Shown here: positions 19,483 to 30,588 of the stretch, piece by piece | Position numbering within the stretch: the stretch's first letter is position 1 | How the letters are laid out: each line of letters starts with the position of its first letter | Origin: an uncultured Candidatus Saccharibacteria bacterium | GTDB taxonomy: Bacteria; Patescibacteriota; Minisyncoccia; Phycocordibacterales; Zambryskibacteraceae | Direction of reading: 5' to 3' | Assembly (NCBI GenBank): GCA_964618905.1 | Contig: CAZUDK010000001.1 | Location: 13,982-77,981, forward strand | DNA length: 64,000 nt | The notes under the pieces: generated by a model | Databases searched by the model: none | Told to the model about the DNA's origin: nothing | The model's input: the letters and a program-made list of their open reading frames with translations, nothing else | Translations under genes and position numbers: made by a program

Positions 19483-19485
19483 TCA

Positions 19486-19992
19486 TTAATAAAGAAACAT
19501 CTCTTGGTTTCTCCGGCGATTTATCTCTTCGGCCCTCTCCCTGTTCTCGTGGGCGACCTGAATGTGGAAGATGGAATCAATGATCTCTTCCTGATTTTCA
19601 ACCAGTTCCTTCATCCGCTCTAGCCACCCACCTTTTTCCCTTACTACCTGGAAGTCGATTTCGTAACCCTCGCTATCCTTGGAATACGAGGCCTCAAATA
19701 CTAAAACTTTTTCCTTCCTCTTATCGGATGAAAAATGATCGAAGACTTTTGCCCGACAGTCCGTAACAAGATGCTCGCGCGTGGAGAGCCAGCTAAAGTG
19801 CATGGATAAGCCTTTTACAAGCTCAGGCTCGGAAAATTCAAACGAATTATAGACAACTTCCGAGCCTCTGTTCTCCTTCATGCTTGATTTGTCGAGCATC
19901 GAGGTTATGTGCTGTACGGCAACAAAAATTTCCATATCTGACATGCCGAATCTCCAAGATTCCGAGATAAAGTCTGACGAACATTTCCGCAA
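19486..19992 (-). CDS. Hypothetical protein
   Basis: A 168-aa ORF with its own terminator. The start is possibly the internal MSDMEIF. No motifs recognised. Confidence 0.45.
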   Translation of the reverse strand: MRKCSSDFISESWRFGMSDMEIFVAVQHITSMLDKSSMKENRGSEVVYNSFEFSEPELVKGLSMHFSWLSTREHLVTDCRAKVFDHFSSDKRKEKVLVFEASYSKDSEGYEIDFQVVREKGGWLERMKELVENQEEIIDSIFHIQVAHENRERAEEINRRRNQEMFLY

Positions 19993-20034
19993 GACATATT
20001 ATTTATCTGAAGTGAATTGTCAACTTAAGCAACA

Positions 20035-20058
20035 CAAAACCCCGCTTTCGCGGGGTTT
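20035..20058. terminator. Bidirectional rho-independent terminator
   Basis: aaaaccccgc-tttc-gcggggtttt is a perfect 10-bp stem flanked by A and T runs on both sides. Confidence 0.65.
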
Positions 20059-20080
20059 TGTGTTTGAGTCAAATGCTTTT

Positions 20081-20242
20081 TTATGCAGCTGACTTTGGCA
20101 GTATCTTGTACATGCCGGTACCGCATACAGAGCAAGTGCCTTTAGCGGCCGGACGGCCGGGCTTGATTTCAGTCTTTGTGACATCCTTCATCTCCCGCTT
20201 CTCCTTGCACTTTACGCAATATCCTATGATTTTGTCTTCCAT
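20081..20242 (-). CDS. Small CxxC...CxxC zinc-ribbon protein (DUF5679-like)
   Basis: MEDKIIGYCVKCKEKREMKDV...GTCSVCGTGMYK. The ORF track extends it to 20452 through a hydrophobic N-terminus, which is probably not translated. Confidence 0.45.
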   Translation of the reverse strand: MEDKIIGYCVKCKEKREMKDVTKTEIKPGRPAAKGTCSVCGTGMYKILPKSAA

Positions 20243-20342
20243 AACATTAATTATATATTGATATACAATCTGACTATACACATTATCCCCAGTCAAGGCA
20301 ATACCTTGGTGGACTACATCCGCGTGAATTGGAACCAAATCC

Positions 20343-21122
20343 TTGAAGGATTGCAGGAGTGGCAAGCCATCTTGCAGCCCCAATATGCGGTCGTATAAGC
20401 CCATTATAGCTATGACAGAGCCAAAAGCACAGCAGAATACCAAGACCACCAAGTTCTCGTTCTACGAGGATTTTGATGGCAAATACCACAAGGTTGGAGA
20501 GATTCGTGAGCTTATCCCACAGTTCAAGGCGTTCTACCTTGCCGAGCGCCGTCGAGAACCAGAGCGAAGCGCTATCAAGATAATCAACGACTTCAACAAG
20601 AGCATCGCCCCATTCACTTTCTTTCCTTGGGAAAAGCAATACCGTTTATGGCGCAAGAAATGGGATGCTCAACTTTTGGCAGAACAAGGTTATCGAGAAG
20701 AACAACGAGCCGTGCGACAAATCATCAAAATGCGCGATGAACAGCAGGTTGCAATTGTGCCTGACGAATATGCGCTCGGGGCTGGCGCACGAACTCTTGC
20801 TGGCGAGCTGCTCAACGACGCAATGGAGATTCTCAAACAAGACCAAGAATCAGCAGAATTGTATGAAGACGATATTATCGTCAAACGTCGCAACTACGTG
20901 CTCAATGTGTTCAACTATGTAATGAAAGCATCTCACACCAAGGAAGCATTGAATATCAAAACAAACGCAGAGAAACGTGAGACCGCAAACTTTATGATGA
21001 GTATCTTGAATCGTGCAACCGCTGGCAAACTAACAGATGACGAAATGAGCTTGCTGCGTGCCTCGGTCAACCCTGGTCTTCGGGATGAGACCACAGATGT
21101 TCCTGTAACCACTCCTTCTTGA
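20343..21122 (+). CDS. Hypothetical protein, first gene of the island
   Basis: A 259-aa ORF. The start is uncertain and may be MTEPKAQQ at 20412. No recognised domain. Confidence 0.45.
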   Translation: MKDCRSGKPSCSPNMRSYKPIIAMTEPKAQQNTKTTKFSFYEDFDGKYHKVGEIRELIPQFKAFYLAERRREPERSAIKIINDFNKSIAPFTFFPWEKQYRLWRKKWDAQLLAEQGYREEQRAVRQIIKMRDEQQVAIVPDEYALGAGARTLAGELLNDAMEILKQDQESAELYEDDIIVKRRNYVLNVFNYVMKASHTKEALNIKTNAEKRETANFMMSILNRATAGKLTDDEMSLLRASVNPGLRDETTDVPVTTPS

Positions 21123-21258
21123 TAGGGCGATACACTGCGTCGAAAAGTGTCAGCAAGCTGGCTGCTTCTTCCATAGCAAGTTCATCAGAGATGTCCTCTC
21201 CTTTTTCTTCTTTGTAGATTCTTTTGAACTCCTCTAATGCTTCTTTTGAAACCATATT
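21067..21258 (-). CDS. Small hypothetical protein, tail of the RM operon
   Basis: From the internal start MVSKEALEEFKR. It is co-directional with the RM genes and abuts them. The 3' end overlaps a convergent ORF. Confidence 0.3.
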   Translation of the reverse strand, partial: NMVSKEALEEFKRIYKEEKGEDISDELAMEEAASLLTLFDAVYRPIKKEWLQEHLWSHPEDQG

Positions 21259-22078
21259 AGTACCAACATAACTCAACTGGTTCACCGATTTGTTCAGCAA
21301 TGTATTCAGTAACAGTGGTAAGGTCTCCAACCTTATCAATCAGCCCGTGTTCGAGCGCATCCATGCCAAGGTAAGTAAGTCCGTTAGCAAGCCCCGCGAC
21401 TTTTTCTCTTTCAAGATTTCTGTTTGATGCAACTTCATCAACAAACACTTCGTGTATCTTCTTTATGTCAGAAAGTACGGCTGCACGTTCCGTTGCGTTT
21501 AGTGGACGTGATGGGTCTCCTGCATCCTTGTGTGGAGCTGATGACAGCTCAACATAGGTATAACCCTCCTGTGCATTTTTGCGGGTCTCATCGAGATACG
21601 ATGCGGTAACACCGATACTCCCTACATCAGAAATGCGAGAGGCAAAAACCGTGTCTGCACCCGTAGCTGCCCAATATGCAGCAGATGCTCCGACAGAACG
21701 GATAAGAGCCACGGATGGCTTATCAAGAGCTTTGAGAGCGTTGGCTACTTCTTCGCCAGTGGTAATATCTCCGCCAAAAGAATCAATAGAAAGCAGGAAC
21801 GCTTTGATTTGTGGGTTACCTTCTGCATAGTGAATAGCATCCACAATGTATTCCGATGAAGCTACATCAGATTCAAGCCCCTCGGCACTCGTCTCGGTAG
21901 TGTACGTTGCCAAGTAACCGTTCATATTAGAAACAAGTACATTACAGCTTGCAGGTATTTCTGCGTCTGCGTATTCATCCTCATACGAACCAGCCCACGC
22001 GCCCACAATAAGAGCAATGATTGCTGTAATGATTATGAGAATGATTGCTGTTTTCTTTTTCATGATGTTTTCTCCCAT
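21257..22078 (-). CDS. Membrane-anchored S49 family serine peptidase (SppA-like)
   Basis: The N-terminal TM segment is [23 protein letters not shown]. The S49 core is [15 protein letters not shown]...[11 protein letters not shown]. The MKKK start overlaps the hsdR stop as ATGA. Confidence 0.75.
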   Translation of the reverse strand: MGENIMKKKTAIILIIITAIIALIVGAWAGSYEDEYADAEIPASCNVLVSNMNGYLATYTTETSAEGLESDVASSEYIVDAIHYAEGNPQIKAFLLSIDSFGGDITTGEEVANALKALDKPSVALIRSVGASAAYWAATGADTVFASRISDVGSIGVTASYLDETRKNAQEGYTYVELSSAPHKDAGDPSRPLNATERAAVLSDIKKIHEVFVDEVASNRNLEREKVAGLANGLTYLGMDALEHGLIDKVGDLTTVTEYIAEQIGEPVELCWY

Positions 22079-25000
22079 ACGTCAGCGAATAATTCCGCTT
22101 GCTTCAATACCGTTTCAGTAGCGATTGCTTGCTTGTCTGGCGGATAACCAAATTGTGCAAGGGTTCGCTTCACAAGCACGCGCAGACGTGCCTGTACGTT
22201 CTCACGGATAGTCCAGTCAATTGAGGTGTTCTTGCGAACCTTATCAACAAGCACTCGTGCAAGGTCTCGTAGATTTTCATCACCAAGCACCTCTCGTGCG
22301 CTGTCGTTGATTGCAAGTGCATCATAGAAAGCAATCTCGTCATCAGAAAGTCCCAAGTCCTTACCCCGCGCATCCTCCTCGCTGATTTTCTTTGCAAGTT
22401 CAATAAGTTCCTGGATGACTTCGGAAGCGGTCAATAGATTGTTCTGGTACTTCTTGATTGTCTTATCAAGTAGTTCAGATAACTTCTTTCCTTGGATAGC
22501 ATTGCGACGCAAACGCAGCTTGATTTCATCATTCAAAACTTTGCGCAACAGTTCCATTGCCAAGTTGCGATGCTTCATCCCTTGAACTTCGGCAAGGAAC
22601 TCGTCAGACAACACAGAAAGGTCTGGCTTTTGTACACCAGCCGCTGCGAAAATGTCCACGACACCTTCGGCAACAAGTGCCTGGTCAACAATCTGGCGAA
22701 TAGCCGAACCGATGTTTTCAGTTCCTGGCGTACCTTCTGGTTCAAACTTTACCAGGCGTGCCTTGATTGCCTGGAAGAAGCCGACTTCATCACGTATCTC
22801 CATTGACGCTTCGCTCGGCACTGCAAGTGCGAACGATTGAGAAAGCGCCATAGTTTCTTTTATGAACCGCTCTTTAGCACTCGGTGTTTTGCGTTCTTTG
22901 CCTGATACACCAACTTCTTCGCCTTTATCTTGTCCAAGAATATGCTCCTGCGCTTCAAGGATAATACCGAGCTTCTGGTGTGTGTCAGCAGCGAAGTATC
23001 GCTGGTAGTCAAAGTCATGGAACATTGCTTTTACTACTTCGTATTTCTCCATCATCACCTCAATAGCTTGCTCCTGTGTATTTGTCGGTTCACCCTTACC
23101 GCCACTTTGCGTGTACACAGCAAGTGCCTTCTGCAAGTCAGCAGCAAATCCAATGTAGTCAACAATAAGACCTCCTGGCTTGTCCTTATAGACACGATTC
23201 ACACGGGCGATAGCTTGCATCAAGTTGTGCCCACGCATGAGCTTATCAACGTACATCGTATGCAAACACGGCACATCAAATCCTGTTAGCCACATGTCCC
23301 GCACAATAACGAGCTGCAATGGATTCGCGGCATCCTTGAATCGTTCAGCAAGTTTTCGGCGATTTTCTTTATTTGTATGGTGTGGTTGAAACTCTCGCGG
23401 GTCGCTTGAGCTTGCCGTCATCACCACTTTGATTGTGCCTTTATCCAAATCGTTACTATGCCAATTAGGACGTAGTGCGACTATCTCCTCGTATAGCTCA
23501 ACAGCAATACGACGACTCATTGCTACTATCATGCCTTTGCCAGTAAATACTTCTTGGCGTGCTTCAAAGTGTTCAACAATATCCTTCGCTACTTGTTTTA
23601 TTCGTTCACGATTACCAACAATAGCTTCAAGCTGTGCCCACTTTGCTTTGGCTTTTTCTTTGGTGGTGAACTCAACACCTTCTGCTACTGCTTCAACGTC
23701 TTCATCCATCTCTGCTTTCTTGTCGTCAGGTAGGTGCACCTTCACAAGTCGGCTTTCATAGTAGATTGGCACCGTTGCCTTATCTTCAACAGCACGCTGG
23801 ATGTCATACACATCAAGATATTCACCGAATACAGCAGGGGTTGATTTGTCTTCTTTTTCAACAGGCGTACCAGTAAAACCAATGAATGAAGCGTTAGGAA
23901 GTGCGTCGCGTAGATACTTCGCATTACCATATCGAGTGATTGCTTCATCGTCTTTGAAAACTGTTCGAGCAGCAAACCCATATTGACTACGGTGCGCTTC
24001 ATCAGCCATCACAACGATATTCTTGCGGTCAGTGAGCATGTCGTACGTCTCACCTCCGTTTTCGGGAAAGAACTTCTGAATCGTAGTAAATACAATTCCT
24101 CCTCCCGCTGTTTGTAGCAATTTCTTCAAGTGTTCACGACTTTCTGCCTGCACTGGTTCTTGTCGTAGCAAACCACGACTTGCAGCAAAGGTATCAAAAA
24201 GTTGGTCATCCAAATCATTGCGGTCGGTAATAACAACAACGGTTGGGTTGTCGAGAGACAAAACCACCTTACCTGTATAGAACACCATAGAGAGCGACTT
24301 GCCCGAACCCTGCGTATGCCACACCACTCCAATTTTTCTTTCACCATGTTCAGCTGTTGCCTGTACTGTTGAGCCAATCGCTTTGTTCACCACGTAATAC
24401 TGGTGGTAAGCGGCAATTTTCTTGATAGTTTCGACGATGGTTTGTCCCGTTTTTGCATCTTCGCGTCGCGCTTTTTCAAAAACCGTGAAGCTGCGTACTA
24501 CATCAAGGAGCACCTCTGGTATGAGCATCTCTTGAACCAAAACCTGCATCTGCGGAGTGGTCTTTTCTTTCTCACGTTTTCCTTCTGGGGCACGCCATAC
24601 AGCGAAACGCTCCCAATTTGTAGTAAGAGCACCTGCTTTAGCGTCGATACCATCTGATGCGACAAGCACGCTGTTGTATGCAAAGAGCTGTGGTATTGCT
24701 CGCTTGTAGTTGTCGAGTTGTGTATATGCTTTATGTACTGTGGCATTTTCATCCACTGGATTTTTGAGTTCAATGACAACGAGCGGCAAGCCGTTCACGA
24801 TAAGTACCACGTCTGGGCGCTTGCTTGAATTATCAAAAGGAACTGTGAATTGGTTAGAAACAACCAAGTCATTGTTGCGTGCATTATCAAAATCTATGAG
24901 ATGAACAATCTCTCCACGTTGTTCTCCGTCGTTGTAGTCGTGTACGCTTACACCATCAGTAAGCATCCGTTGGAACTCCTCATTTGCTTCCGCAAGGAGT

Positions 25001-25227
25001 GGTTGTGACGCCACTTGCAGCACCTTCTTGATGGCGTCTTCTCTTGCATCTTCGGAAACATTTGGATTGAGGCGTTCTACGGCAGCACGTAAGCGTGATT
25101 GCAAAATAACCTCACGCAAATCACCGCGCTCTGCTTCTTGCTCGTCTGGGGCAAGGTAGGTGTAGCCCTGCTGTTCAAGCAGTTCGACAACCCATTTTTC
25201 TATATCGCTTTCGTAGATTCGGCTCAT
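22060..25227 (-). CDS. hsdR: Type I restriction enzyme R subunit
   Basis: 1055 aa. Helicase motifs include HTQGSGKS and MADEAHRSQ, with characteristic HsdR length and a C-terminal helical domain. Confidence 0.95.
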   Translation of the reverse strand: MSRIYESDIEKWVVELLEQQGYTYLAPDEQEAERGDLREVILQSRLRAAVERLNPNVSEDAREDAIKKVLQVASQPLLAEANEEFQRMLTDGVSVHDYNDGEQRGEIVHLIDFDNARNNDLVVSNQFTVPFDNSSKRPDVVLIVNGLPLVVIELKNPVDENATVHKAYTQLDNYKRAIPQLFAYNSVLVASDGIDAKAGALTTNWERFAVWRAPEGKREKEKTTPQMQVLVQEMLIPEVLLDVVRSFTVFEKARREDAKTGQTIVETIKKIAAYHQYYVVNKAIGSTVQATAEHGERKIGVVWHTQGSGKSLSMVFYTGKVVLSLDNPTVVVITDRNDLDDQLFDTFAASRGLLRQEPVQAESREHLKKLLQTAGGGIVFTTIQKFFPENGGETYDMLTDRKNIVVMADEAHRSQYGFAARTVFKDDEAITRYGNAKYLRDALPNASFIGFTGTPVEKEDKSTPAVFGEYLDVYDIQRAVEDKATVPIYYESRLVKVHLPDDKKAEMDEDVEAVAEGVEFTTKEKAKAKWAQLEAIVGNRERIKQVAKDIVEHFEARQEVFTGKGMIVAMSRRIAVELYEEIVALRPNWHSNDLDKGTIKVVMTASSSDPREFQPHHTNKENRRKLAERFKDAANPLQLVIVRDMWLTGFDVPCLHTMYVDKLMRGHNLMQAIARVNRVYKDKPGGLIVDYIGFAADLQKALAVYTQSGGKGEPTNTQEQAIEVMMEKYEVVKAMFHDFDYQRYFAADTHQKLGIILEAQEHILGQDKGEEVGVSGKERKTPSAKERFIKETMALSQSFALAVPSEASMEIRDEVGFFQAIKARLVKFEPEGTPGTENIGSAIRQIVDQALVAEGVVDIFAAAGVQKPDLSVLSDEFLAEVQGMKHRNLAMELLRKVLNDEIKLRLRRNAIQGKKLSELLDKTIKKYQNNLLTASEVIQELIELAKKISEEDARGKDLGLSDDEIAFYDALAINDSAREVLGDENLRDLARVLVDKVRKNTSIDWTIRENVQARLRVLVKRTLAQFGYPPDKQAIATETVLKQAELFADVWEKTS

Positions 25228-25229
25228 AA

Positions 25230-26036
25230 CTAAAATAATGTTTTTGATATCTTACGCACGCCAGTAATAAGGTCATCAATCTCTTGCTCCTTCGGCTCCC
25301 GACCTTTCTTGTGGTCACAGAGATTGCGAATATCAGCAAGAAACTGAACATTCCTCCACACAGGAACATCAATCACTGTGGCATTCTTGAGGGCGTCGTT
25401 ATAGTCAGCAATTGTCGGCTTCGCTTTCTTGATAGCTGTACTATGGTTGGCACAAACCTCTCTCAAGTGTGCCTCCAACACCACACCAGCCAAAGCACCA
25501 GCCGCTCGCAGAAAACCCTTTTTCTTGAGTTCTTCTGCTGCGTCCAATTCGTTATCAAACAAGTCTGCTTGAAGAAGTGCTCGTATATCAAACAACGAAC
25601 TCTCAAAGGTCTTTTTGAGTGCTTCTATAATGTTCACCTGCTGTTTGAACTTCGGAACAGCAGCATCCTGCCCAACAACCTTTGTTTTTTCATACCCACG
25701 AGTGACACTCATACCGTTCAGATAATCCTGTATGACATAGTTTTCATAGTTGATTGAGTCGGTTTTTCGATTCTTTGCTGGTCGGTAGTACGACACAAAA
25801 TCATCAACTCGTGACGGTAGAATCTGCTGCAAAACAGCAAGGGCTTCTGAATACCATGGCTGGTATTCTTCACTAAATTGCCCGACGGCTTTTTTGGTTT
25901 TTGCAACCGTGTCCTTGTCCAGCCCTGACCGCTCAAGTTCTTCCGCACTAAAACAATCAATAATCATCCTGTAATACAGGACATTGCCCTTGTCCACGAG
26001 TTTCTTTATGTCTTCTTTGTATTTTTCTGTTTTCAT
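25230..26036 (-). CDS. DUF4145/HEPN-like protein with an Rx4H motif, embedded between hsdS and hsdR
   Basis: The C-terminal [13 protein letters not shown] gives R-x4-[21 protein letters not shown] resembles the DUF4145 helical core. It is tightly coupled, with a 4-nt overlap to hsdS and a 2-nt gap to hsdR. Confidence 0.5.
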   Translation of the reverse strand: MKTEKYKEDIKKLVDKGNVLYYRMIIDCFSAEELERSGLDKDTVAKTKKAVGQFSEEYQPWYSEALAVLQQILPSRVDDFVSYYRPAKNRKTDSINYENYVIQDYLNGMSVTRGYEKTKVVGQDAAVPKFKQQVNIIEALKKTFESSLFDIRALLQADLFDNELDAAEELKKKGFLRAAGALAGVVLEAHLREVCANHSTAIKKAKPTIADYNDALKNATVIDVPVWRNVQFLADIRNLCDHKKGREPKEQEIDDLITGVRKISKTLF

Positions 26037-27259
26037 ACTTTTATTTCGCCACTTATTAGCCGAGGTAACAATGCGTCACGTGTAGAAGATAACGCTTTGA
26101 TACTTCGTATATTCAAAAGGATTTTGTCGAAAATCGGAGATGAGATTTTTGAAAATGATTCAAGTAATTTTGCAGGGGGTAAAGCGGTTTCAATACGACG
26201 AAACGAACTTTTACTAATTTCCATGAACGTAGAACCATTCGCTGCTGCAAGAATGAGGGGCATGTTTGCTTTCAACCAAAGAAAAGTAAAGAGGTTGTCC
26301 CAAGGACTGCGTGCATTGATAGCTATGTATCCTTGATTGATTGCAACTGGTATAGCAGAGATTGCGATGTATCCAATTGGGGCACGTGAAGAAAGAAGTA
26401 AAGTACCTACTGGCAGTAGTCCACTACTAATACGTGTCAATCCCTTATCTGTAATCCGACTGTTGGTATCGAGCAGGAAAGCGTCTGGTCTATCAGACAA
26501 ATCCTTTGGTGTCGTCCAGTGAATGTCTCCGTCCCAATACTCGGGATTTTTTGTTGAGGGCGTTGTGCCTCCTTTTACGTCGAGTATATCGTCGAGTGTG
26601 CCCATTTCCCAGTCATGAGGTAGTGCATCATCAATCGTTGGCTTCAAAAACCACTCATTGAAAATTGTTTGAGCAATTCGTTCTAACGTCTCGTTTTGCT
26701 TTTTGAGTAATTCAATTTTGTCATCCAAACATTGAAGAACATCTACGATTGATTGTTGTGTTGTTACTGGTGGTAAATCAATCACAGTTGATTTGAGATT
26801 GGTGACGGGTTGAGCAAGTGACGGGACGCCGACCTGATTGGCGTATGTCATGAGTTGATGCAGACCCTGTGGAGAGTGAAAGTAGTAAGTTAGAAACTCG
26901 GCAGAAAGTTTCTTATTTGGTCGTAAATAAAATTGTCGTTGGGAAAGAATGTATCGTTCGTATTTTGAGTTTTTAGGAATATAGGCGACTTGTCCAATGT
27001 TTCCAGCATGAGTAAAAACTACATCACCTCGTTGTACATTCGCGCTCGAAAGTCGGTCAGCATGTTCAGGAGTAATAAAATTGTACGCTACGTCAGCAAG
27101 ACGGATACCACGAAGGTGAGCACCGCTAATTACAGGCACCCCCTCTTCAACAAAAGTATCAACCTTGATATTAGACCCAAACGGACCCATCGCAATTTTC
27201 TCGGCAACTTCGCCGAGTGTTGTTTCCTGCCATTCTTTTTTAGTCGTTGTCTTCGTCAT
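26033..27259 (-). CDS. hsdS: Type I restriction-modification specificity subunit
   Basis: Two target-recognition half-domains are separated by the conserved helical spacer LKKQNETLERIAQTIFNEWF. Confidence 0.9.
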   Translation of the reverse strand: MTKTTTKKEWQETTLGEVAEKIAMGPFGSNIKVDTFVEEGVPVISGAHLRGIRLADVAYNFITPEHADRLSSANVQRGDVVFTHAGNIGQVAYIPKNSKYERYILSQRQFYLRPNKKLSAEFLTYYFHSPQGLHQLMTYANQVGVPSLAQPVTNLKSTVIDLPPVTTQQSIVDVLQCLDDKIELLKKQNETLERIAQTIFNEWFLKPTIDDALPHDWEMGTLDDILDVKGGTTPSTKNPEYWDGDIHWTTPKDLSDRPDAFLLDTNSRITDKGLTRISSGLLPVGTLLLSSRAPIGYIAISAIPVAINQGYIAINARSPWDNLFTFLWLKANMPLILAAANGSTFMEISKSSFRRIETALPPAKLLESFSKISSPIFDKILLNIRSIKALSSTRDALLPRLISGEIKV

Positions 27260-27263
27260 GGTT

Positions 27264-27896
27264 TTATTCTGTTTGCCCGTCGCGCTTGGCTATGTTTTCG
27301 CGGTCTTCTTCTGGCAAGCTGCCATACAAAGCATCAATCTCTTGTGGCTCGGTAATCATTTTTTCTGCAATGATATTCACCAAGCGAAAAAGTGCTTCGG
27401 CAGTTTGTGGCTGGTCATCAAGGTTTATCTGTCCAGGATGCACAGCATGGTTGCCGATAACTCGTACCGTATCGAGCATTTGCTGTACCTTCTTCGGTAG
27501 TCCGTTCTCAACAAGAGTTGCTATATCGGTATTGAGGTTTTTGCCTTCACCTCCAACAGATGCACAAAGCTTCTGAATAGCGAGACGTAAAAGAGCGGCT
27601 GCTGCTCGTGGTGACTTTTGTACAATTTGCGCGGCTTCCTCGTAGTCACGCTTCACTTCTGTCGGCAGGTCACTGCTTGGCTTCTCAACAGGAGTATTCG
27701 TTGGTCGTATCATTTCACCGTAATACCAAACAGAAAAATCCTTACACTGGCTACAAATCGCAATACTCAATCCTTGAATATGTGCGTTGCCTTGTGTCCA
27801 CGTACCACTCCATGTTTGGTGTGCATACGCAGTACAATGCGGGCAGTTGAACGCATTTCCATTTAGATATGGGACTGTGTAGGGTATGTCTGTCAT
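27264..27896 (-). CDS. DUF4145/HEPN-like protein with an N-terminal zinc ribbon, embedded between hsdM and hsdS
   Basis: CPHCTAY...CSQC forms the zinc ribbon. [15 protein letters not shown]...[14 protein letters not shown] gives the Rx4H motif. Confidence 0.55.
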   Translation of the reverse strand: MTDIPYTVPYLNGNAFNCPHCTAYAHQTWSGTWTQGNAHIQGLSIAICSQCKDFSVWYYGEMIRPTNTPVEKPSSDLPTEVKRDYEEAAQIVQKSPRAAAALLRLAIQKLCASVGGEGKNLNTDIATLVENGLPKKVQQMLDTVRVIGNHAVHPGQINLDDQPQTAEALFRLVNIIAEKMITEPQEIDALYGSLPEEDRENIAKRDGQTE

Positions 27897-29521
27897 AGGT
27901 TGAATCCAATTTTCTTTAGCTGCTTCTCAATCTCGACATTGAGTTTTTCCTCCTCCTTTATCTGCTCCTTCAAAGTAGAGGTGAGGCGTGCCATTTTTTC
28001 TTCAAACGGCTCACCATCATCTTCAATAACGGCTGCACCGACATAACGTCCAGGAGTAAGAACGTAATTATGCTTTTGAATATCGGGCAATGTGGCAGAC
28101 TTACAGAAACCTTTGATGTCTTTGTATTTGCTTTCTTTGCTGCGCCATTCGTGATACGTGCTGGTGATTTTCTTCACCACTTCGGGCGTGAACTCACGAT
28201 GCGTACGGTCTACAAGATGTCCCATCTCCGAAGCGTCAATAAAGAGCACTTCGCCTGTACGCTTGCGGTCTCCGTTTCCGAGACGCTTGCGTGATATGAA
28301 CCAAAGACATGCAGGAATACCAGTGTTATAGAAAAGTTGTTTTGGAAGGGAGACAATACAATCTACGAGGTCAGCATCAACAATGTTTTTACGAATCTCA
28401 CCCTCGCCACTTGATTGAGAAGAGAGGGAGCCATTCGCCAAGACCATTGCCATGACACCCTTCGGAGCAAGGTGATGAATCATGTGCTGCATCCATGCAA
28501 AGTTGGCATTGTTTGCAGGTGGTGTGCCGTACTGCCATCGTGGGTCATTTTTCACAATATCCCAACCCCAGTCACTTTGATTGAATGGTGGATTGGCGAT
28601 GATGTAGTCAGCTTTCAAGTCAGGATGTGCGTCTTTGAGGAAAGAACCTTCGCTATTCCATTGCACCTGCGAACTATCAATACCGCGAATGGCAAGGTTC
28701 ATGCGAGCCAAACGATAGGTGGTGTGATTGCTTTCTTGTCCGAAGATAGAAATGTCATCAATACGTCCACGATGTGAGAGTACAAACTTCTCACTCATCA
28801 CAAACATACCGCCAGAACCACAAGCGGGGTCATAAACGCGTCCTTTATGTGGCTCAATCATTTCAACCATCAGCTCAACAATACTGCGAGGTGTATAGAA
28901 CTGTCCGCCTTTCTTTCCTTCGGCTGCCGCAAACTCACCAAGGAAGTATTCATACACACGACCGAGGATGTCTTTTGATTTTGCAGCTTCATCGCCCAAC
29001 GCAATGTTCCCGATAAGGTCAATGAGGGCACCGAGCGCGAGTTTATCTATGTTTGGAGTGGCATACACCTTCGGCAAAATACCCTTGAGGGTAGGGTTCG
29101 CTTTCTCAATCGCATCCATTGCTGCATCCAAATCCTTACCGACGCTTGGTTGCTTTGCTCGTGAATGAAGAAATGACCATCGCGCCGTTGGTGGTACCCA
29201 AAAGACATTTTCTGCACGGTATTCATCTGCATCTTCGGGGTCTGCGCCCGCATATTCAGCATCACCAGATAAAAGTTTCTGATGCAGCACCTCGAAGCTA
29301 TCAGAAATGTATTTCAAAAAAATGAGACCGAGAACAATGTGTTTGTATTCCGCTGCGTCTATGTTTTTGCGGAGTTTATCAGCAGCCGAAAAAAGCTGGC
29401 TTTCAAAGCGTCCGTTTGTATTCTCTGTACCTGCGTCTTTTTTGCTTTTAGTTTTCATTTCTTTTTTGATGCCCGCTTCTTGGGTTGCACGTTCACGTTT
29501 GCTTCTATGAACTTCGCCCAA
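27893..29521 (-). CDS. hsdM: Type I restriction-modification N6-adenine DNA methyltransferase
   Basis: [10 protein letters not shown] is the SAM motif and IIANPPF is the catalytic NPPF. The probable true start is MKTKSKKD at 29458, which overlaps the upstream HTH gene stop as ATGA. Confidence 0.95.
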   Translation of the reverse strand: MGEVHRSKRERATQEAGIKKEMKTKSKKDAGTENTNGRFESQLFSAADKLRKNIDAAEYKHIVLGLIFLKYISDSFEVLHQKLLSGDAEYAGADPEDADEYRAENVFWVPPTARWSFLHSRAKQPSVGKDLDAAMDAIEKANPTLKGILPKVYATPNIDKLALGALIDLIGNIALGDEAAKSKDILGRVYEYFLGEFAAAEGKKGGQFYTPRSIVELMVEMIEPHKGRVYDPACGSGGMFVMSEKFVLSHRGRIDDISIFGQESNHTTYRLARMNLAIRGIDSSQVQWNSEGSFLKDAHPDLKADYIIANPPFNQSDWGWDIVKNDPRWQYGTPPANNANFAWMQHMIHHLAPKGVMAMVLANGSLSSQSSGEGEIRKNIVDADLVDCIVSLPKQLFYNTGIPACLWFISRKRLGNGDRKRTGEVLFIDASEMGHLVDRTHREFTPEVVKKITSTYHEWRSKESKYKDIKGFCKSATLPDIQKHNYVLTPGRYVGAAVIEDDGEPFEEKMARLTSTLKEQIKEEEKLNVEIEKQLKKIGFNL

Positions 29522-29661
29522 TCGTCTTTATGTATTCGCCAGGTACCCAGGCGTACCGCCTTTAGTTTTCCTTCCTTGATATAGCGATACAAAGTGCGTT
29601 CGCTGATACCGAAACGCTCCACTATATCCTTTACCCGCAATAACTCTTCTTTGTTTGGCAT
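29455..29661 (-). CDS. Excisionase/AlpA-family HTH protein at the head of the RM operon
   Basis: [53 protein letters not shown] is an Xis-type winged HTH. The ORF track extends it to 29745. The palindrome tgccatggca lies upstream. Confidence 0.55.
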   Translation of the reverse strand: MPNKEELLRVKDIVERFGISERTLYRYIKEGKLKAVRLGTWRIHKDDWAKFIEANVNVQPKKRASKKK

Positions 29662-29985
29662 AATGATGGCTCTTACGGGGAGTATTTTAGCACTTTTCTG
29701 CCATTTTTGCCATGGCAGCAGAGGCAGAGTTGGCAAATTATCCACAGAACATGTTCTTGCGTTCTACTTTCAAGAATAGATATAATCAGGATGTCGGTAG
29801 TTCATTGACTAAAAAGTTTGCAGACAATTAGCAAGGGTACGAGCATTAGCCAGGCATAACTAAAGCGCTCGCTTTAGTCGCAGAGGCAGCAGCATTACGC
29901 CCCGCATAAAAAGTAGCAAGTAACACGCAATCGCGTTGTTGTTTCCTTCTTTTTGCGCGGGGCTTTCTCTTTTGAGCAACCCCAC

Positions 29986-30010
29986 CAAAAAACGGGTTGC
30001 TTTTTAGTTT
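29986..30010 (+). terminator. Rho-independent terminator inside the island's noncoding stretch
   Basis: gcaaccc-caccaaaaaac-gggttgc is followed by tttttagttt. Confidence 0.45.
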
Positions 30011-30423
30011 GTGACACCGACGTTCGCCTATGTTGAGCGTCGAGACATGCAAAAAAATAATGGGCAAGGATGCCGATAATCTCACCGATGAAAACATCGA
30101 GCAGATTAGAGATGACTTGTACATTGTTGCAAATCTTGCGTTCTCACATTGGCAACAAAGCTACGTATCAACCGATACGCAGCAAGCACTTCCTGGAAAC
30201 AGTAAGTGAGTCATGAGTGATAGCCGCCAGCTGGCGGTAGCGGACGAGTGGAGCGGTAATCTCCACCTGCTGACCCCGAATCACCACGAACGCTGGACTT
30301 GGAACTGACGAGGACGAATCACCCCTTTATTGTTCCTTCTTCCGCTGCCCCGAAGGGGTACCGCCATGACAAACGCAATGCAGGTCGAGTATTGCTATTA
30401 GCAACAACAATCAGTGAAAGAGT

Positions 30424-30588
30424 ATGCGTGACAAACACTACCCAAATCGAACCGTACGCGTAGCCGATGACGTATGGGAAGCAATCAAGTCGGTAAGGAA
30501 AGAGTCGGGCTTGTCCTGGAATCTCTTTCTGAAATTGGTAACCACTAAATTGAAAAGCCATGAGCGAAACGAGAAAGAAACCGAGTGA
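30424..30588 (+). CDS. Small MobC-like ribbon-helix-helix protein of 54 aa
   Basis: NRTVRVADDVWEAIKSVRKESGLSWNLFLKL resembles the MobC/RHH R.V.E.E...A...G.S.S motif. It is below the ORF-track cutoff. The 3' end overlaps the next ORF. Confidence 0.4.
   Translation: MRDKHYPNRTVRVADDVWEAIKSVRKESGLSWNLFLKLVTTKLKSHERNEKETE

Noticed and set aside
20306-20314. The 9-nt exact match TTGGTGGAC taken alone as proof of the att site
   Set aside because: A 9-mer match is expected by chance at roughly once per 64 kb searched on both strands. It is kept only as a candidate because of the additional degenerate similarity that follows it (GAATTGGAACC versus GATTCGAACC) and the coincident GC-content shift.
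20243-20452. N-terminal extension of the zinc-ribbon ORF (MVVLVFCCAFGSV...)
   Set aside because: The conserved CxxC...CxxC unit starts at the internal Met at 20242. The extension is hydrophobic and low-complexity. It would run into the putative island boundary.
21257-22078. Reading the S49 peptidase as a prophage prohead protease (ClpP/S49 capsid maturation protease), which would imply a prophage
   Set aside because: The protein has an N-terminal transmembrane anchor, which is SppA-like. No terminase, portal, capsid or tail genes occur nearby. The neighbouring genes are RM components.
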